NCBI GenBank assembly: GCA_963714275.1
Contig: CAVQNT010000002.1
Location: 320,001-384,000 of the forward strand
Direction: 5' to 3'
DNA from: Candidatus Bathyarchaeota archaeon
GTDB lineage: Archaea; Thermoproteota; Bathyarchaeia; Bathyarchaeales; DTEX01
DNA length: 64,000 bases
Position numbers and translations under genes: made by a program. Below, piece after piece: positions 21,710 to 32,726 of the stretch. The notes under the pieces are model-generated. The model was not told the origin of the DNA, did no database searches, and saw only the letters and a list, made by a program, of their open reading frames with translations. Numbering within the stretch: the first letter of the stretch is position 1; each line of letters starts with the position of its first letter.

Positions 21710-22033
21710 ATGTATCCTAAGAAAAGTGGTTCAAACAGGTTTAAGGCGAGAATTTTTAACGCTCTTTCGGATGCGGTTAGACTTGACATAATCGAGTTTT
21801 TGCGTGAAGGAGAAAAATGCGTATGTGAGATAGTTCCGCACATTGGATTGATTCAGCCTGTGATTTCACGGCATTTAAAAATCCTAAAGGAATGTGGCAT
21901 TGTAAGAGACAGGAAAGCAGGGAATAGGCGACTTTATTCAATAACAGATCCTAGAGTACTTAAGATTGTGGACTCGGTGACTCCAGAATTTACTGAATCC
22001 ATTTCAAGATATTTGATTGAATTAATAGCTTAA
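21710..22033 (+). CDS. arsR: ArsR/SmtB repressor
   Basis: ALSDAVRLDI, EKCVCEI, SRHLKILKECG. Confidence 0.9.
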   Translation: MYPKKSGSNRFKARIFNALSDAVRLDIIEFLREGEKCVCEIVPHIGLIQPVISRHLKILKECGIVRDRKAGNRRLYSITDPRVLKIVDSVTPEFTESISRYLIELIA

Positions 22034-22048
22034 ACGGGAGAAGGAACT

Positions 22049-23087
22049 TTGGAAAGCAAAGAAGAACATATGGAAAAAGAATCATCCCTTGGGCTCTTTG
22101 AGAAATACTTGACTGTTTGGATAGCGCTGTGCATAGTCGCAGGATTGCTTGTCGGAAGATTTCTGCCAGAATTTGGACAATTTATGGACTCTCTAAAATT
22201 TAGACAACTTTCAATTCCAATAGGCATTCTCCTATTCTTCATGATGTACCCCACGGTCGTGGGAATCCGGTTCAGCGACATAAAAAAAAGCAGCAAACAA
22301 TCCTAAACCCTTACTTGTCACTATCATTGCTAATTGGGTTATTGCTCCACCTCTGATGACGCTTTATGCAAACACTGTCTTAGCCGGCAATCCTCAGTAC
22401 ATCGCAGGGTGCATACTTCTCGGGCTATCTCCTTGCACAGCCATGGTTATGTGGTGGATGTTTCTTGCAAAAGGCGACATGGCACAGGGACTCATCAACA
22501 CAGCAGTCAACGCTTTGTTAATGCTCTTTCTGTATGCTCCACTTGCAGCCTTTTACTTGGGCGTAAGTAGTATACCTGTACCTTTGGACTTGATTGCTAT
22601 CAGTGTTTTGGTTTTCATAGCATTACCTGTAGCATCAGGCGCTATTTCAAGAAAGATAATATTAGAAAGAAAAGGAGAAGAATGGTTCAGCAGCACATAT
22701 CAACCAATTGTCGCAAAAATATCTATCATCGCCTTATTGACTACTTTAATAGTGCTTTTTTCCTTTGAAGGAGAAATAATAATTAATAATCCTCTCTTGG
22801 TCGCCTACCTTGCAGCACCAAATCTTATGCATTACGCCACCATGATCACGTGGACTTATCTTCTCGGATACTTTGCAGGCTGGAAATATGAGACAGCCAT
22901 AGATACCACGCTTATCGGGTCAAGCAGCCACTTCGAAGTCGCCATAGCCGTAGCCACAACACTTTACGGCATCGGATCAGGAGCAGCCTTAGCAACAGTC
23001 ATAGGACCATTAATGGAAGTACCCTTAATGCTTTCACTCGTAAAACTTGGCCTTCGCACCAGAAAATACTTTCCAAGAAAGAAATAG
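22049..23087 (+). CDS. acr3: Acr3 arsenite efflux transporter; frameshift in A-run ~22289
   Basis: FEKYLTVW, MMYP, PCTAMV, SSHFEVAIAVA, GPLMEVP. Confidence 0.92.
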
Positions 23088-23439
23088 TAGCTGACTCACG
23101 TTATTTTGATTGCCTGTAATAGAAGTCGTCTGAAGTGTGTTTTAGGAAAGTTTTTCTGCACTTTAGCTGAAAGGGTTAGCTGTTGATCTTGTCGTTTAGA
23201 TTTATGATGTAGAATATAAAACCCCGATTTATGATTATTTCGTGAAAATAAGTTAAATATGGTCTTTTTAACATAGTTTTCAACCCCAATCGATTGTTAA
23301 CAGTGGTGGTGGTGCATTGATTTTTAATTCCAAAACCAAACTTTCTCTTTCTGTAATTTATTTTTTCACGGTAAGCTTTTATGAACCTGCAACTAAGAGA
23401 ATTTTGGATGAATATGCGGTCTTTATACAATGAACCTGC

Positions 23440-24029
23440 GATGGTCATTCCTTTTAAACATTATAAACATGATGGCAAAGTCGTCATATACTACGGGAAG
23501 AATGAAGATCCAGTTGAAGCTGGCTTCGACATCATTCCTAACTTAAATTTTGACATCAATTTGTGCCGTGGATTTCCAGTGATGCATGCTAGAATAGAAT
23601 ATTCAGGTCTTGGATACCGGCAGTTATTTGGCTGGATTCAGATAATAACAGATGAGTATTACCAGTCAGGCGAAAAAGGAAAGGTTAAGAAATCAGTTGT
23701 TGTTGATGTTGTTCCGTCAATGCAGGGCTTTGGTTTTCCATTTGCATCTTTCGGGTACCTGCCAGAGATGTTTGATGCACCTTGCTATAACATTGGAAAT
23801 TACGTTAAGCTGAAGATGGGTTGCGGACACTTTCCTAACAACCGTTCCCGGAAGGTCTATTGAAGAGAAGATATCGTGCATAAAGGGTTTCCGTTGGGGA
23901 TGCATTGAGTATGCAAATCCTAAACAGAACCCTCCTTCAATACTGCCGTTACAAGCCATCAGCAAAGATGTTTGGAACAGCCATCTCCAACTACTTAAAA
24001 AGCAATTTAAGAAATGGAAATTTTTGTAA
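23440..24029 (+). CDS. hypothetical protein; frameshift at ~23813
   Basis: Second frame continues WVADTFLTTVP..GFRWG..WKFL*. Confidence 0.6.
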
Positions 24030-24060
24030 TATACACACGGGGACATGCAATGACATAGAT

Positions 24061-24228
24061 ACGTTGGTTTAGGGTTTGGTTTAGGGATTAGATTATAATT
24101 TTTTCTTCTTTCTTGTTACGTTATGTTCTCTTCTGTTCTGTGTGCTCTCTATACTCTACTCTCTACACTACTCTATTCTGCACAAAAAAACACAAATAAA
24201 AAACACACACAACGCAAAGCTCAGCTAG
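24061..24228 (-). repeat. copy of the strand-skewed dispersed repeat, ending in AGCTCAGCTAG
   Basis: Reverse complement of 24085-24180 resembles 30551-30635. Confidence 0.7.
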
Positions 24229-24251
24229 AATTAAAATGTTAGTAATTCAAA

Positions 24252-25262
24252 TTAACGGGTTTGTTCGTTGCCCCAAATGCCATGTGAAGGTTCAGGCTCC
24301 ACATATTTTCTTACTCTGACATTATCAAATCTAGAATAAGAGCCATAATGGTTTTGGAGAGATATTTCTCCAGAGGCAGTGTATTGGGAGTCTGTGGCAG
24401 TGGACTTTAGCACTCCATTACTGTAAATCCTAAAAGTCGATCCATAGATGACAAGTTTTACTTTTTGCCATTGGTTTGGGATACCGAATCTAGTAACAGA
24501 TGAGCCGAACGCTTGCCAATTATTATATGGAGGTTTCATCCAAGGCGACTCAGTTCCTGAACGACAATCCCACCTGCCTTTATACCCAGTGTTCAAACTA
24601 AAGGTTCCTCTAAACCCTATCTCAGGAAGTGCTTCAGTAGACGGGTAAACGTCAGCTTCTATAACGCCATTCAAGAACCCAGAATAACTTGCGTTAGAAC
24701 CAAGAACAGTGTGACCATAAGGGCTAGAGGTTACTCCTCCACCACAGACTAGATAACCTGATTCAATATAGATGTTAACACCGTTTTTGTGTTTTGTCCA
24801 TTTGCTCAAGTCTCCGCTAAAATCGTCAAAGAATATGAAGGTATTATATCCACTGCTTGTTGTAGTTGCTATGGAGTTGCCATAATAAAGATAAATTGTT
24901 TGAGCTTGTCCAGTTAAGTTGCCTGCTATCTCTACCCAAAAAGTTGCATTCTTACTAACATTCAAAGATTCCCGCCAATAATCCAATAGAATTCCGTCTA
25001 TAGTAGTGAATCGGATATCACCGAAATCGGTTCTAACCTTATTATTAATATACACGGTCTCTCCGTTGTCAGTTCCAGTACCATTTACTACAACAATCCT
25101 AATCTGGTAGTTAGTTCCCGCGTTTGTTCCAATCCCACTAATAATATGACTTTTTCGATAATTCCAATTATTATTAAACCACATTCTTACTATAGTTTGA
25201 GTGAAGTTAAGTGATTGTATTTCGTAAACAAAAGCGTATACTGCAGGTATTGAGATGCTCAA
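24252..25262 (-). CDS. secreted DUF2341-domain protein with beta-sandwich C-terminus
   Basis: WNYRKSH, DFGDIRFT, LDYWRE, FWVEI, YLYYGN, FIFFDDF. Confidence 0.8.
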   Translation of the reverse strand: MSISIPAVYAFVYEIQSLNFTQTIVRMWFNNNWNYRKSHIISGIGTNAGTNYQIRIVVVNGTGTDNGETVYINNKVRTDFGDIRFTTIDGILLDYWRESLNVSKNATFWVEIAGNLTGQAQTIYLYYGNSIATTTSSGYNTFIFFDDFSGDLSKWTKHKNGVNIYIESGYLVCGGGVTSSPYGHTVLGSNASYSGFLNGVIEADVYPSTEALPEIGFRGTFSLNTGYKGRWDCRSGTESPWMKPPYNNWQAFGSSVTRFGIPNQWQKVKLVIYGSTFRIYSNGVLKSTATDSQYTASGEISLQNHYGSYSRFDNVRVRKYVEPEPSHGIWGNEQTR

Positions 25263-25317
25263 GATAATTAATATGATCCCTGCAATTTGAAGCCCCCTTC
25301 TCGTTATCCTTTCCCCC

Positions 25318-25740
25318 TTAGTTAATAATGCCTATGATAAGGGAGAGTATGGATGCTATGCCTGCTGATACTAGGAAAGACATCATCATAGTATTATTTA
25401 TGGTTAGAGGAAAAACGGGCGTTGTAAACCCGCTTATTGGTAGGTATACAGCTAATAATAATACTGCCCATATGCCGAATGTTACCAAAAAAATGTAATA
25501 GGGGGCTTTCTGCCTTACAGCCCCAGCGGATTTTAGGGTACCTACAGTTTTTGGCATGAAGCCTTGCTCAGAGGAGATTAAGGCTTTTCTGACTTTCTCG
25601 GTACTTATGATTTGTTTAGATTCCGTGAAGAACTCTTCTGCTCTCTCCTTAACTACGGTCATCTTTTCTTCTGAGAGCAGAGCTTTTGCTGCTTCAATAG
25701 TCCTTTCAAGGTTCCTTACTGAGTCCAAGGCTTCTCCCAC
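25318..25740 (-). CDS. membrane protein with two C-terminal TM helices
   Basis: ORF between two secreted-protein genes. Confidence 0.6.
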   Translation of the reverse strand: MGEALDSVRNLERTIEAAKALLSEEKMTVVKERAEEFFTESKQIISTEKVRKALISSEQGFMPKTVGTLKSAGAVRQKAPYYIFLVTFGIWAVLLLAVYLPISGFTTPVFPLTINNTMMMSFLVSAGIASILSLIIGIIN

Positions 25741-25751
25741 CGAAACTAGGT

Positions 25752-26291
25752 CTAAGTACTTTCTGCTGTGGCTGTAATTGTCACGGTTGTTGCATGATCG
25801 GCTGAAACTGGCTTTGCAGTAGTGGTAACTTCAAAGTCGAAAGTCCAAGATCCTAGAACATCCAGATTGATTGCGCCCGAGTTTGGTGAAGTTAACGACA
25901 GAGTGGCTACGGTTTCACCTAATGTATGTGTGCTTCCTGCGGGTTTTGTGGCAATTTTTACAACAACATTAAATGTTGAGTACCATGTGCTTTGACTAGC
26001 CAAGTCACTGCTAGATAAATGCATGTAAACATTAGCTTCAGTTGTTACAATTGTAATGGCTGCACCAAGGTTCGAGCTATTCACCTTCGTATAAAGTAAT
26101 GTTTGTCCTTCTTTCAAGACACCAAAGGAAGAGCTACTTAGAGTTATGGTAGCAATTTCCTTTATCGTCTGAGTTAATGTTAGCTGCGCGGTTTCATAGA
26201 CATAGGCCGAGACCGAGGTGATGGTGATGCTCAACAGTACGAATAATATGCCGATTAGAGTTTTCCTTTTCATTTTCATAATATATTTCAC
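25752..26291 (-). CDS. secreted Thr-rich beta protein
   Basis: Signal peptide KRKTLIGILFVLLSITITSVSA. Confidence 0.7.
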   Translation of the reverse strand: MKYIMKMKRKTLIGILFVLLSITITSVSAYVYETAQLTLTQTIKEIATITLSSSSFGVLKEGQTLLYTKVNSSNLGAAITIVTTEANVYMHLSSSDLASQSTWYSTFNVVVKIATKPAGSTHTLGETVATLSLTSPNSGAINLDVLGSWTFDFEVTTTAKPVSADHATTVTITATAEST

Positions 26292-26566
26292 TCCTTTTGT
26301 TCCTGAACAAACCTTCTAATTTTAACTATTTAAACCATTTCTAACAAATATGGACAGCATTTACCTTTTATGGAAAAAAACACGTTCATTTTGCCAAATA
26401 ACGCTAGAAATGAACATATATACCTGAAAACAATATTCAGCATCAATATCACTTGTCCATAAAGGTTCCAATCCGTCCATTCCTTAGTTTACAGAAAAGG
26501 CTAATTTTGGGGTATTATTTGTTATGAATTATTAATCCATATCTAGCTCGCTACCAGAAAAATGGA

Positions 26567-26680
26567 TCAAACAAGCCTAGGAATCCGAGATTCTCTTTCA
26601 TGCCTTAGGTACTTAGCAAACAATAAAGCTCCTCGTTAATCAAGGTTTCAATGGTCTATCTTTTGCCGACTTTTATTCTT
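26567..26680 (-). pseudogene. cas1: cas1 (solo/casposase-like) 3' remnant, decayed
   Basis: RIKVGKR*TIETLINEE(fs)LLFAKYLRHERESRIPRLV*; flanked by motifs at 26543-26553 and 26681-26692. Confidence 0.8.
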
Positions 26681-26825
26681 GCTAGCTAGCTATGTGTATG
26701 ACTTTTTTCAATTCCAATAATCCTCATTAACGTAACCAAATCAGACTCTGGCTATCGTAGCTTCTGTTCCTTTTTTAGGAAAGGATATATTTTTGGCTAA
26801 TATCATAATTCTGGAAGTGTTGGAT

Positions 26826-27281
26826 ATGGTAAAGGCGCTTATTCTGTATCATTCGCAAGAATTTGGTAACACTGCTGTTATGGCGGAGGCGCTTGCTGAA
26901 GGATTAAGAACTGCTGGCTGTGAAGTCGATTTATTTAACACAAATGATAAGCGCTTCGACCTAACAGAATTCCCTAAATATGACTGCGTAGCCTTCGGCT
27001 CACCAAATTACTACAGCTACATAGCGGGTGGATTAAAGACCTTTATGGATGACCATTACATCCAAGACGTCCGCAAGGGTTTAAAAGGAATTAAGGGAAA
27101 ACCTTACGCCCTTTTCTGTTCACATGGCGGAGGCACTGAAGTAAAGTCAGTGATGGAGGATATCTTCAAACGAGTGGGCACTCAAATTGGAAAAACTGTT
27201 GGATCATATGGAAAGCCAACTCTAGAAGTCTTGAACCAATGCAGAACTTTAGGTAAGAAACTTGCAGAGTCAGTTTCTTGA
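26826..27281 (+). CDS. flavodoxin-like protein
   Basis: YHSQEFGNT, FGSPNYY, FCSHGGG. Confidence 0.9.
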   Translation: MVKALILYHSQEFGNTAVMAEALAEGLRTAGCEVDLFNTNDKRFDLTEFPKYDCVAFGSPNYYSYIAGGLKTFMDDHYIQDVRKGLKGIKGKPYALFCSHGGGTEVKSVMEDIFKRVGTQIGKTVGSYGKPTLEVLNQCRTLGKKLAESVS

Positions 27282-27335
27282 GTGAGCTAGCTAATTTGTA
27301 TCGATCAATCAACCTAGGACTTAATATATTTTTAT

Positions 27336-27417
27336 CTAGAATCGTCTGGTCGTCAGCTCTTCCTATGCTTGTGCTGACTGTTTGACCAGCTGATTTATGA
27401 TGCGAAATTTATCCCTG
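27336..27417. repeat. bulged hairpin repeat, copy 1
   Basis: CTGGTC-GTCAGC...GCTGAC-TGTTT-GACCAG; second copy at 52662-52744. Confidence 0.85.
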
Positions 27418-27490
27418 TCTAAAAGTATCGAAAGAGTTAGATGATAGGATTTCAAGAGAAATGTGAAAAGTAAATGGCGCTGGACTCGAA

Positions 27491-28228
27491 TTGTATGATT
27501 TGAATGGACTTGAATGGTTGATAGTCTCGATATGTGCGCTTATGATTGGTCTTACTAAAACAGGAATTCCTGGTTTAGGTATTTTGGTTGTTTCGTTGAT
27601 GGCAAGCGTGTTTCCAGCTCGCGTCTCAACCGGCATAGTTCTTCCCATGCTGATGTTTGCAGACGTTTTCGCTGTGGGCTACTATCGCCGTCAAGCGGTT
27701 TGGTCTCATCTCTTACGTGTTATGCCATGGACTGTTTGTGGCGTTGTTCTAGGCTACCTGTTGCTGGGAACGGTTAACGATCAGCAGTTGAAACCCTTCA
27801 TAGGAATCATTGTGTTAGTTATGCTTGGAGTAAACTGGTGGTGGGAGCGGAAAAGCGAAAAAGTGTCAATTCCAACACGGTGGTGGTTTGCTGCAGGAAT
27901 CGGTGTAATCGCTGGCGTAACCACTATGATGGCTAACGCTGCAGGCTCCTTTATGGTAATTTATCTCTTAGCCATACGTTTGCCTAAAACCGAATTCATA
28001 GGCACAGGCGCTTGGTATTATCTTGTTTTGAATTGGTTTAAGGTTCCGTTCAGCTTAAGTCTCAGGCTCATAGATAGCCAATCATTACAATTCGACCTGA
28101 TTCTTTTTCCAGCAGTCGCCATCGGCGCATTAAGTGGCATAATAATACTGAAACATGTATCAGAAAAAAGATTCACAGTAATATTAGAAATCCTGACTGC
28201 AGCCGCTGCGTTTAGCCTTCTCTTGTAA
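27491..28228 (+). CDS. TauE/SafE (TSUP) family exporter
   Basis: GLTKTGIPG, LPMLMFAD, TMMANAAG, NWFKVP. Confidence 0.88.
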   Translation: MYDLNGLEWLIVSICALMIGLTKTGIPGLGILVVSLMASVFPARVSTGIVLPMLMFADVFAVGYYRRQAVWSHLLRVMPWTVCGVVLGYLLLGTVNDQQLKPFIGIIVLVMLGVNWWWERKSEKVSIPTRWWFAAGIGVIAGVTTMMANAAGSFMVIYLLAIRLPKTEFIGTGAWYYLVLNWFKVPFSLSLRLIDSQSLQFDLILFPAVAIGALSGIIILKHVSEKRFTVILEILTAAAAFSLLL

Positions 28229-28391
28229 GACTAGAATACTCGTAATGGATGAGGGTAAAAAGAAGCAGTTATCAAAGTAAAATAGTTAGACTGCCCTATT
28301 AGAAAGTTGGCAATGAAGCTAAACTGGACTTATAGGCTAGCTAACTCGGTTGGTTTGTAGTAGCAGAATATATTGAACCATCTGCAAAAAA

Positions 28392-29889
28392 TCAAGGGAA
28401 CTTAACGACGCCCGTTGTGCCATCGCTCAGGTAGCCGTTCAGTAGTTCGATGACGTGGTCGCCGTGATGAGGAAGCTTCCAGGCCCTGTGGTACAGAAAT
28501 CTCCTAAAGTCTGGATAGTATCCGGCCTTAACGAAGAAGGCTATCCCATCGTATAAATTTCTGAACAGGGGATCCTTCTGATCGTAGTCGAACGTGGGTA
28601 GGTTGTCTAGGTTGTCCTTTTTCTCCACGTTCGGGTTGCTGCGCAGGTAGCCGCTGTAGGCGAGCTTCCTCTCCATTAAGAGCGCTGAGGCGGATCTGAC
28701 TAAGTATGATTGGACATCCCCCCATTCTTGGTGCCTAAACACGGGATGGACGCCCTGGACGTGGGCTTTCCCCTCCTGGATGGACTCGATCAGGTTCAAT
28801 GTGGCGATGCGGAAGTGTTTGCCGCCTGTATCTTGTATTTCGACCTCGGCGATGTTGTCTGGCTTGTACTTGTAGGGCTTGCCCTCCAGCTGTCCGAAGC
28901 TCTGAGGGTACAGGTGCGACTGCAGCCGTTCCTTCCTAACGACTACAATCTTTCCATCCCCCGTGAAAATCGAGGCGCATTCGTTTTCGTCGAAGAACAG
29001 GAAGCGCGCCTTGTTAGCCTGTATGTCTGTTCCCATGCAGCTGCCAGAGCCTAGCCCGAAGAACAGCATCTCAAAGCCCATGTACAGTTTGCTTGGGTCC
29101 ACGTTCGATTCGATCTGCTTGGATAGATCACCCAATCGTTGCCCCAATTCCGCATTGAGCTTATTGTACGGCATGAGATCGCCAACAAGGCCGAAGATGT
29201 TTACGAAGTCATAGCTGAAGTAGACGAAAAGATCGCAGTACCTTGTGTAGAGTTCCTTTGCCGTTAGCCTGGGTAGGCTCGCAACCTTATCGTCACTATT
29301 CGAGTCGCTGTAGTTCGGCCAGGAAATCGTTAGGTCCCAGAAGACATATGGAACCAGAAAGATGTCGATGCGGAAGTTCTTCACGTTCGCGTCGATGTTT
29401 ATTCCGGGGGAGGGATTGTAGGTGATTGCGTGGTCTGGGTACACCTTGTTCTCGAATTCCATTCGAGCCCTCAATCCGCCGTCGATCCAGCGGATGTCCG
29501 TGACCTTCTTCGAGTACCAGTCGTGGAAGTAGATGTCTCCCAGGTTCGGCTGAAGCTGAATGAGGCCGCTGAATCCGCCCCCTGAACCCTGGAAACCGCT
29601 GAAGTCCACGCGCACGACGAAATCTCCAGGCTCCGCAGGATCATTAACCTCCAGTACACTTGATGTTGTTATTCTTCGATGGATCATGTTTCTTGATGAC
29701 ATCCTGCATTGAAGACTTGAACAAGGCGAACATTATCAGGTTCTCGGAGCCATCTGAGAGCCTCAGGTCGATCATCTGGCCATCGAAGCGAATGGAGAGG
29801 CACTCGAAGAAATTGCGTAGAATAACGGGCACGTCCGCGTCCGTGAGCGTGACGGTCTTCACGGAATTATCATGCGCAACCTTGCTTTT
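28392..29889 (-). CDS. GC-richer hypothetical protein, one frameshift (29644-29702), apparently 5'-truncated
   Basis: 436-aa and 72-aa overlapping ORFs; the frame stays open up to AGCTAG at ~29890. Confidence 0.55.
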
Positions 29890-29944
29890 CTAGCTTTCCA
29901 CCACGCGCGTGTTTGGTGTCAGATAACTTGGTAGTGGAGCGTGA

Positions 29945-29990
29945 TTGATTGTTTGGGTTTGGAATTAAAATTTAATCTTTCTCTCTCTCA
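29945..29990 (-). repeat. ATTAAAATTTAAT-core repeat
   Basis: GTTTGGGTTTGGA-ATTAAAATTTAAT-CTTTCTCTCTCT. Confidence 0.75.
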
Positions 29991-30249
29991 AGTAATATAT
30001 ACAAACAATCAAACGAAAGCCCCGTTTGAATTCCCCGTTTACCCGTCGCCACTAATCCTCCAGAATTCATATGTCTTCGACCTGCGCGCGCGCTGTAATC
30101 TGAGAGAGAGAGAGTGCTTTTGGTTCTACCAAAAATTTTAAGATTAGTTCGACATGAAATTACAATGTCAAGGGGAATTCCAGCATATTATCTTTCTGGA
30201 TTCTTCCTAGGCAAATAAACTTTAAAGGAATAAAGGAGGTGAGTGAAAA

Positions 30250-30508
30250 ATGATCTTTGTCTCTTTGAATAAGTTCAGGGGCAAGGCAACAAAAGAAGAC
30301 ATTGAGAAGACGAACAAGATTCTTGCCAGTGAGCCTAAGGTTAAAGTTCTAGCGTTCTATTGGACTCTTGGAAGGTACGACTCAATATTGATCCTCGAGG
30401 CACCTAATGAGAAGACTGTAATGAAGATACTTGTGCAGGCTGGGGAATATGTAACAACCGAAACAATGGTTGCCGTTCCAAGAGAAGAAGCAGTAAAGAC
30501 TTTTATAA
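30250..30508 (+). CDS. GYD-domain protein
   Basis: YWTLGRYD; correcting AGACT to AGCT at 30497 gives EEAVKLL*. Confidence 0.85.
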
Positions 30509-30544
30509 ATAAATGCTTGTGGGTACTCAGCTAACTTTCCTTTT

Positions 30545-30640
30545 TTTATACAGAGAGTAGAGTAGTGTAGAGAGCACATATAACAGAACAGAAGAGAACG
30601 TAACAGAACGAGAGAGAGAAAGATTAAAATTTAATGAAAA
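30545..30640 (+). repeat. ATTAAAATTTAAT-core repeat with purine-rich arm
   Basis: Core at 30623-30635. Confidence 0.75.
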
Positions 30641-30870
30641 AATCTTTCAATGACCAATATCACTAACTACTGTATCGTTGATTAAATTCTTTTTTGTGAT
30701 TCAAAATACTTCTTTAATGGCTCTGGAAGGTCGTTCATTAATCTTGGATTAATTTCAAAAATTTATGGATATGTTCATATTCAAATTAGTTATAGTCGAT
30801 ATTGAACAAATTAAGCTCTTGAACACGCATTGCGAGCTTCGCCAGAAGCCAGTCAACATTCAATCATAAA

Positions 30871-30980
30871 ATGTGTGTGTGCATTAAATTTTAATCCCAA
30901 CCCGACCCAAACCCACGTGCTGACGCTTTCTCATATCCTCATACTGAGGGAATTAATTTACTAATCAATCAAACAAACAG
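30871..30980 (+). repeat. ATTAAATTTTAAT-core repeat with CCCAA arm
   Basis: Core at 30883-30895, then CCCAACCCGACCCAAACCC. Confidence 0.7.
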
Positions 30981-31070
30981 ACTGACAGGGGAGACGCCTC
31001 TCCTCCTCCACTAGAAAAAGAAAGTCTTTTTATCTAGTTTCATTGAAATAATGATTTGGAGTGTTTTAAT

Positions 31071-31386
31071 ATGCCTCTATTCTTGTCGATTTCAAGGCAC
31101 ATGCCAGAAAACTGTCCCGTATTCAACGCAAAAACAAGAAAGGTCTACATGAACTGGTATAGCAAGCCTAGAAGGAATATTGAAGAAACATGGAGTGAGG
31201 CTAATTTGGGGGGGAAGTGTCTATACAGAACATCTGAGCGTCTATGTATTCGAAGCCCCAAGTTTAGAAGCCTTCCAAAAAGCTACCTTTGAACCAGATT
31301 TCGACGCAATACACGAGTACGAAACAGTCGAAACCAAATTAGTGGCAAGCATGGAAGATGCCATGAAAACGCTAAGTGAGCTATAA
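31071..31386 (+). CDS. small alpha/beta hypothetical protein; frameshift at ~31167
   Basis: RHMPENCP joined to EHLSVYVFEAPSLEAF. Confidence 0.65.
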
Positions 31387-31568
31387 TCTCAAACCCAAAA
31401 AAACCCAAAATCTCTTCTTTTTTTCTTAATTCCAAATAACTGTAACTTTTTTATGTCAAATCTGATAATCTGGAATCCATGTTTTTAGTGAGCTGAGCTA
31501 GCTAACAGAGAGACGGACGGACAGACAAGAGACTATTCTAACTTATTTTTCAATAGACTAGCGCGCGC

Positions 31569-32442
31569 TTATCTCATGGGCTGCCACTGCCAACCGGCTC
31601 CTTTCTGGATTACATAGCCTAGTCCAGGGAAGGGGAAATGAAAGGCATGCACCAAGGCTTTCTCAGTTGCGGCTCTATCGAGGAGCCGGCGCCGTGTGGT
31701 TATGACTTGCTCAGGAGCCAAGTCGTACTTAATATACCAGTCTGGCTGCTCCAGATGAATTTGATGAATCACCGTGTCAGAGATACACAAGAGTTGCCTG
31801 TTGTCCGAGATAATGGAAACCGCCGTATGTCCAGGGGTGTGACCACGTGCGCCCACGGTCCAAACACCGGGTACAATTTCTGTTTCATGGTCGACAAGTT
31901 CAAGTTGATTTTGAATTGGCAGGAGGTAATCACGCGCACACTTGATGAGCAATTTTTTCTCGCTTTCACTTATGTCCAATGTCTCCAGGTTTGGCTTGGA
32001 GATCCAAAAATCCCATTCATCTTTCCACATGATGTAGCGCTAGCATAGCGTTAGGGAATGCTGGCTTGCCCTGACTGCTGATGTTTCCTCCGATGTGGTC
32101 GGGGTGAGCATGCGTGAGGATGACCGTGTCGATGTCCTCAGGTGTAATTCCTTCGGCTCGTAGGTTGGGGATCAGTTTACCAGTAGTTGGTTCCAAGTTA
32201 CCCTCACCTGTGTCAACCAGAACCCGGTGCTGACCCGTGTTAATCAGCAGGCTTGGATAAGGGCTGACATACTCTTTCCACTTCGAGATGTCGAGGTTAT
32301 GATCCATTAGCACCTTCTTTAAGTGTTCCTTGGGTGCATTAACAAAAAAAACCTGGGCAGGGTCAGAATACGCACTGTTACCGTCGTTAACAACCATACA
32401 TTTGAAAGCCCCTAATTGAAAGTGAAAGCTTTCGTTACCCAT
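31569..32442 (-). CDS. MBL-fold metallo-hydrolase, frame broken at ~32040
   Basis: THAHPDHIGG, GHTPGH, AFHFPFPG. Confidence 0.85.
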
Positions 32443-32726
32443 AGTTATTCTCCCAATCAGTTCTCTCTTCTGAATATATGTTGTTTTGAGATTTAAAACT
32501 GAAGAAGCTTCGAGACATCGCTCGCGCGATGTGTGCGTGCTGTGTCTTGCGTGTGTGTTTTTTATTTGTTTGTTTTTTTGTTGAGAGAGAGTTAGTGGGT
32601 TTGAGCTCGGGATTAAATTTTTATGAAAATGTAAAACTAGCTCTATAATCTGCATACATAGCGCGCACGCTGCCACAACACAAGCATGTGTGTTCCTTTA
32701 TATTCGACGAAGCAGCTGGAAGGCTG

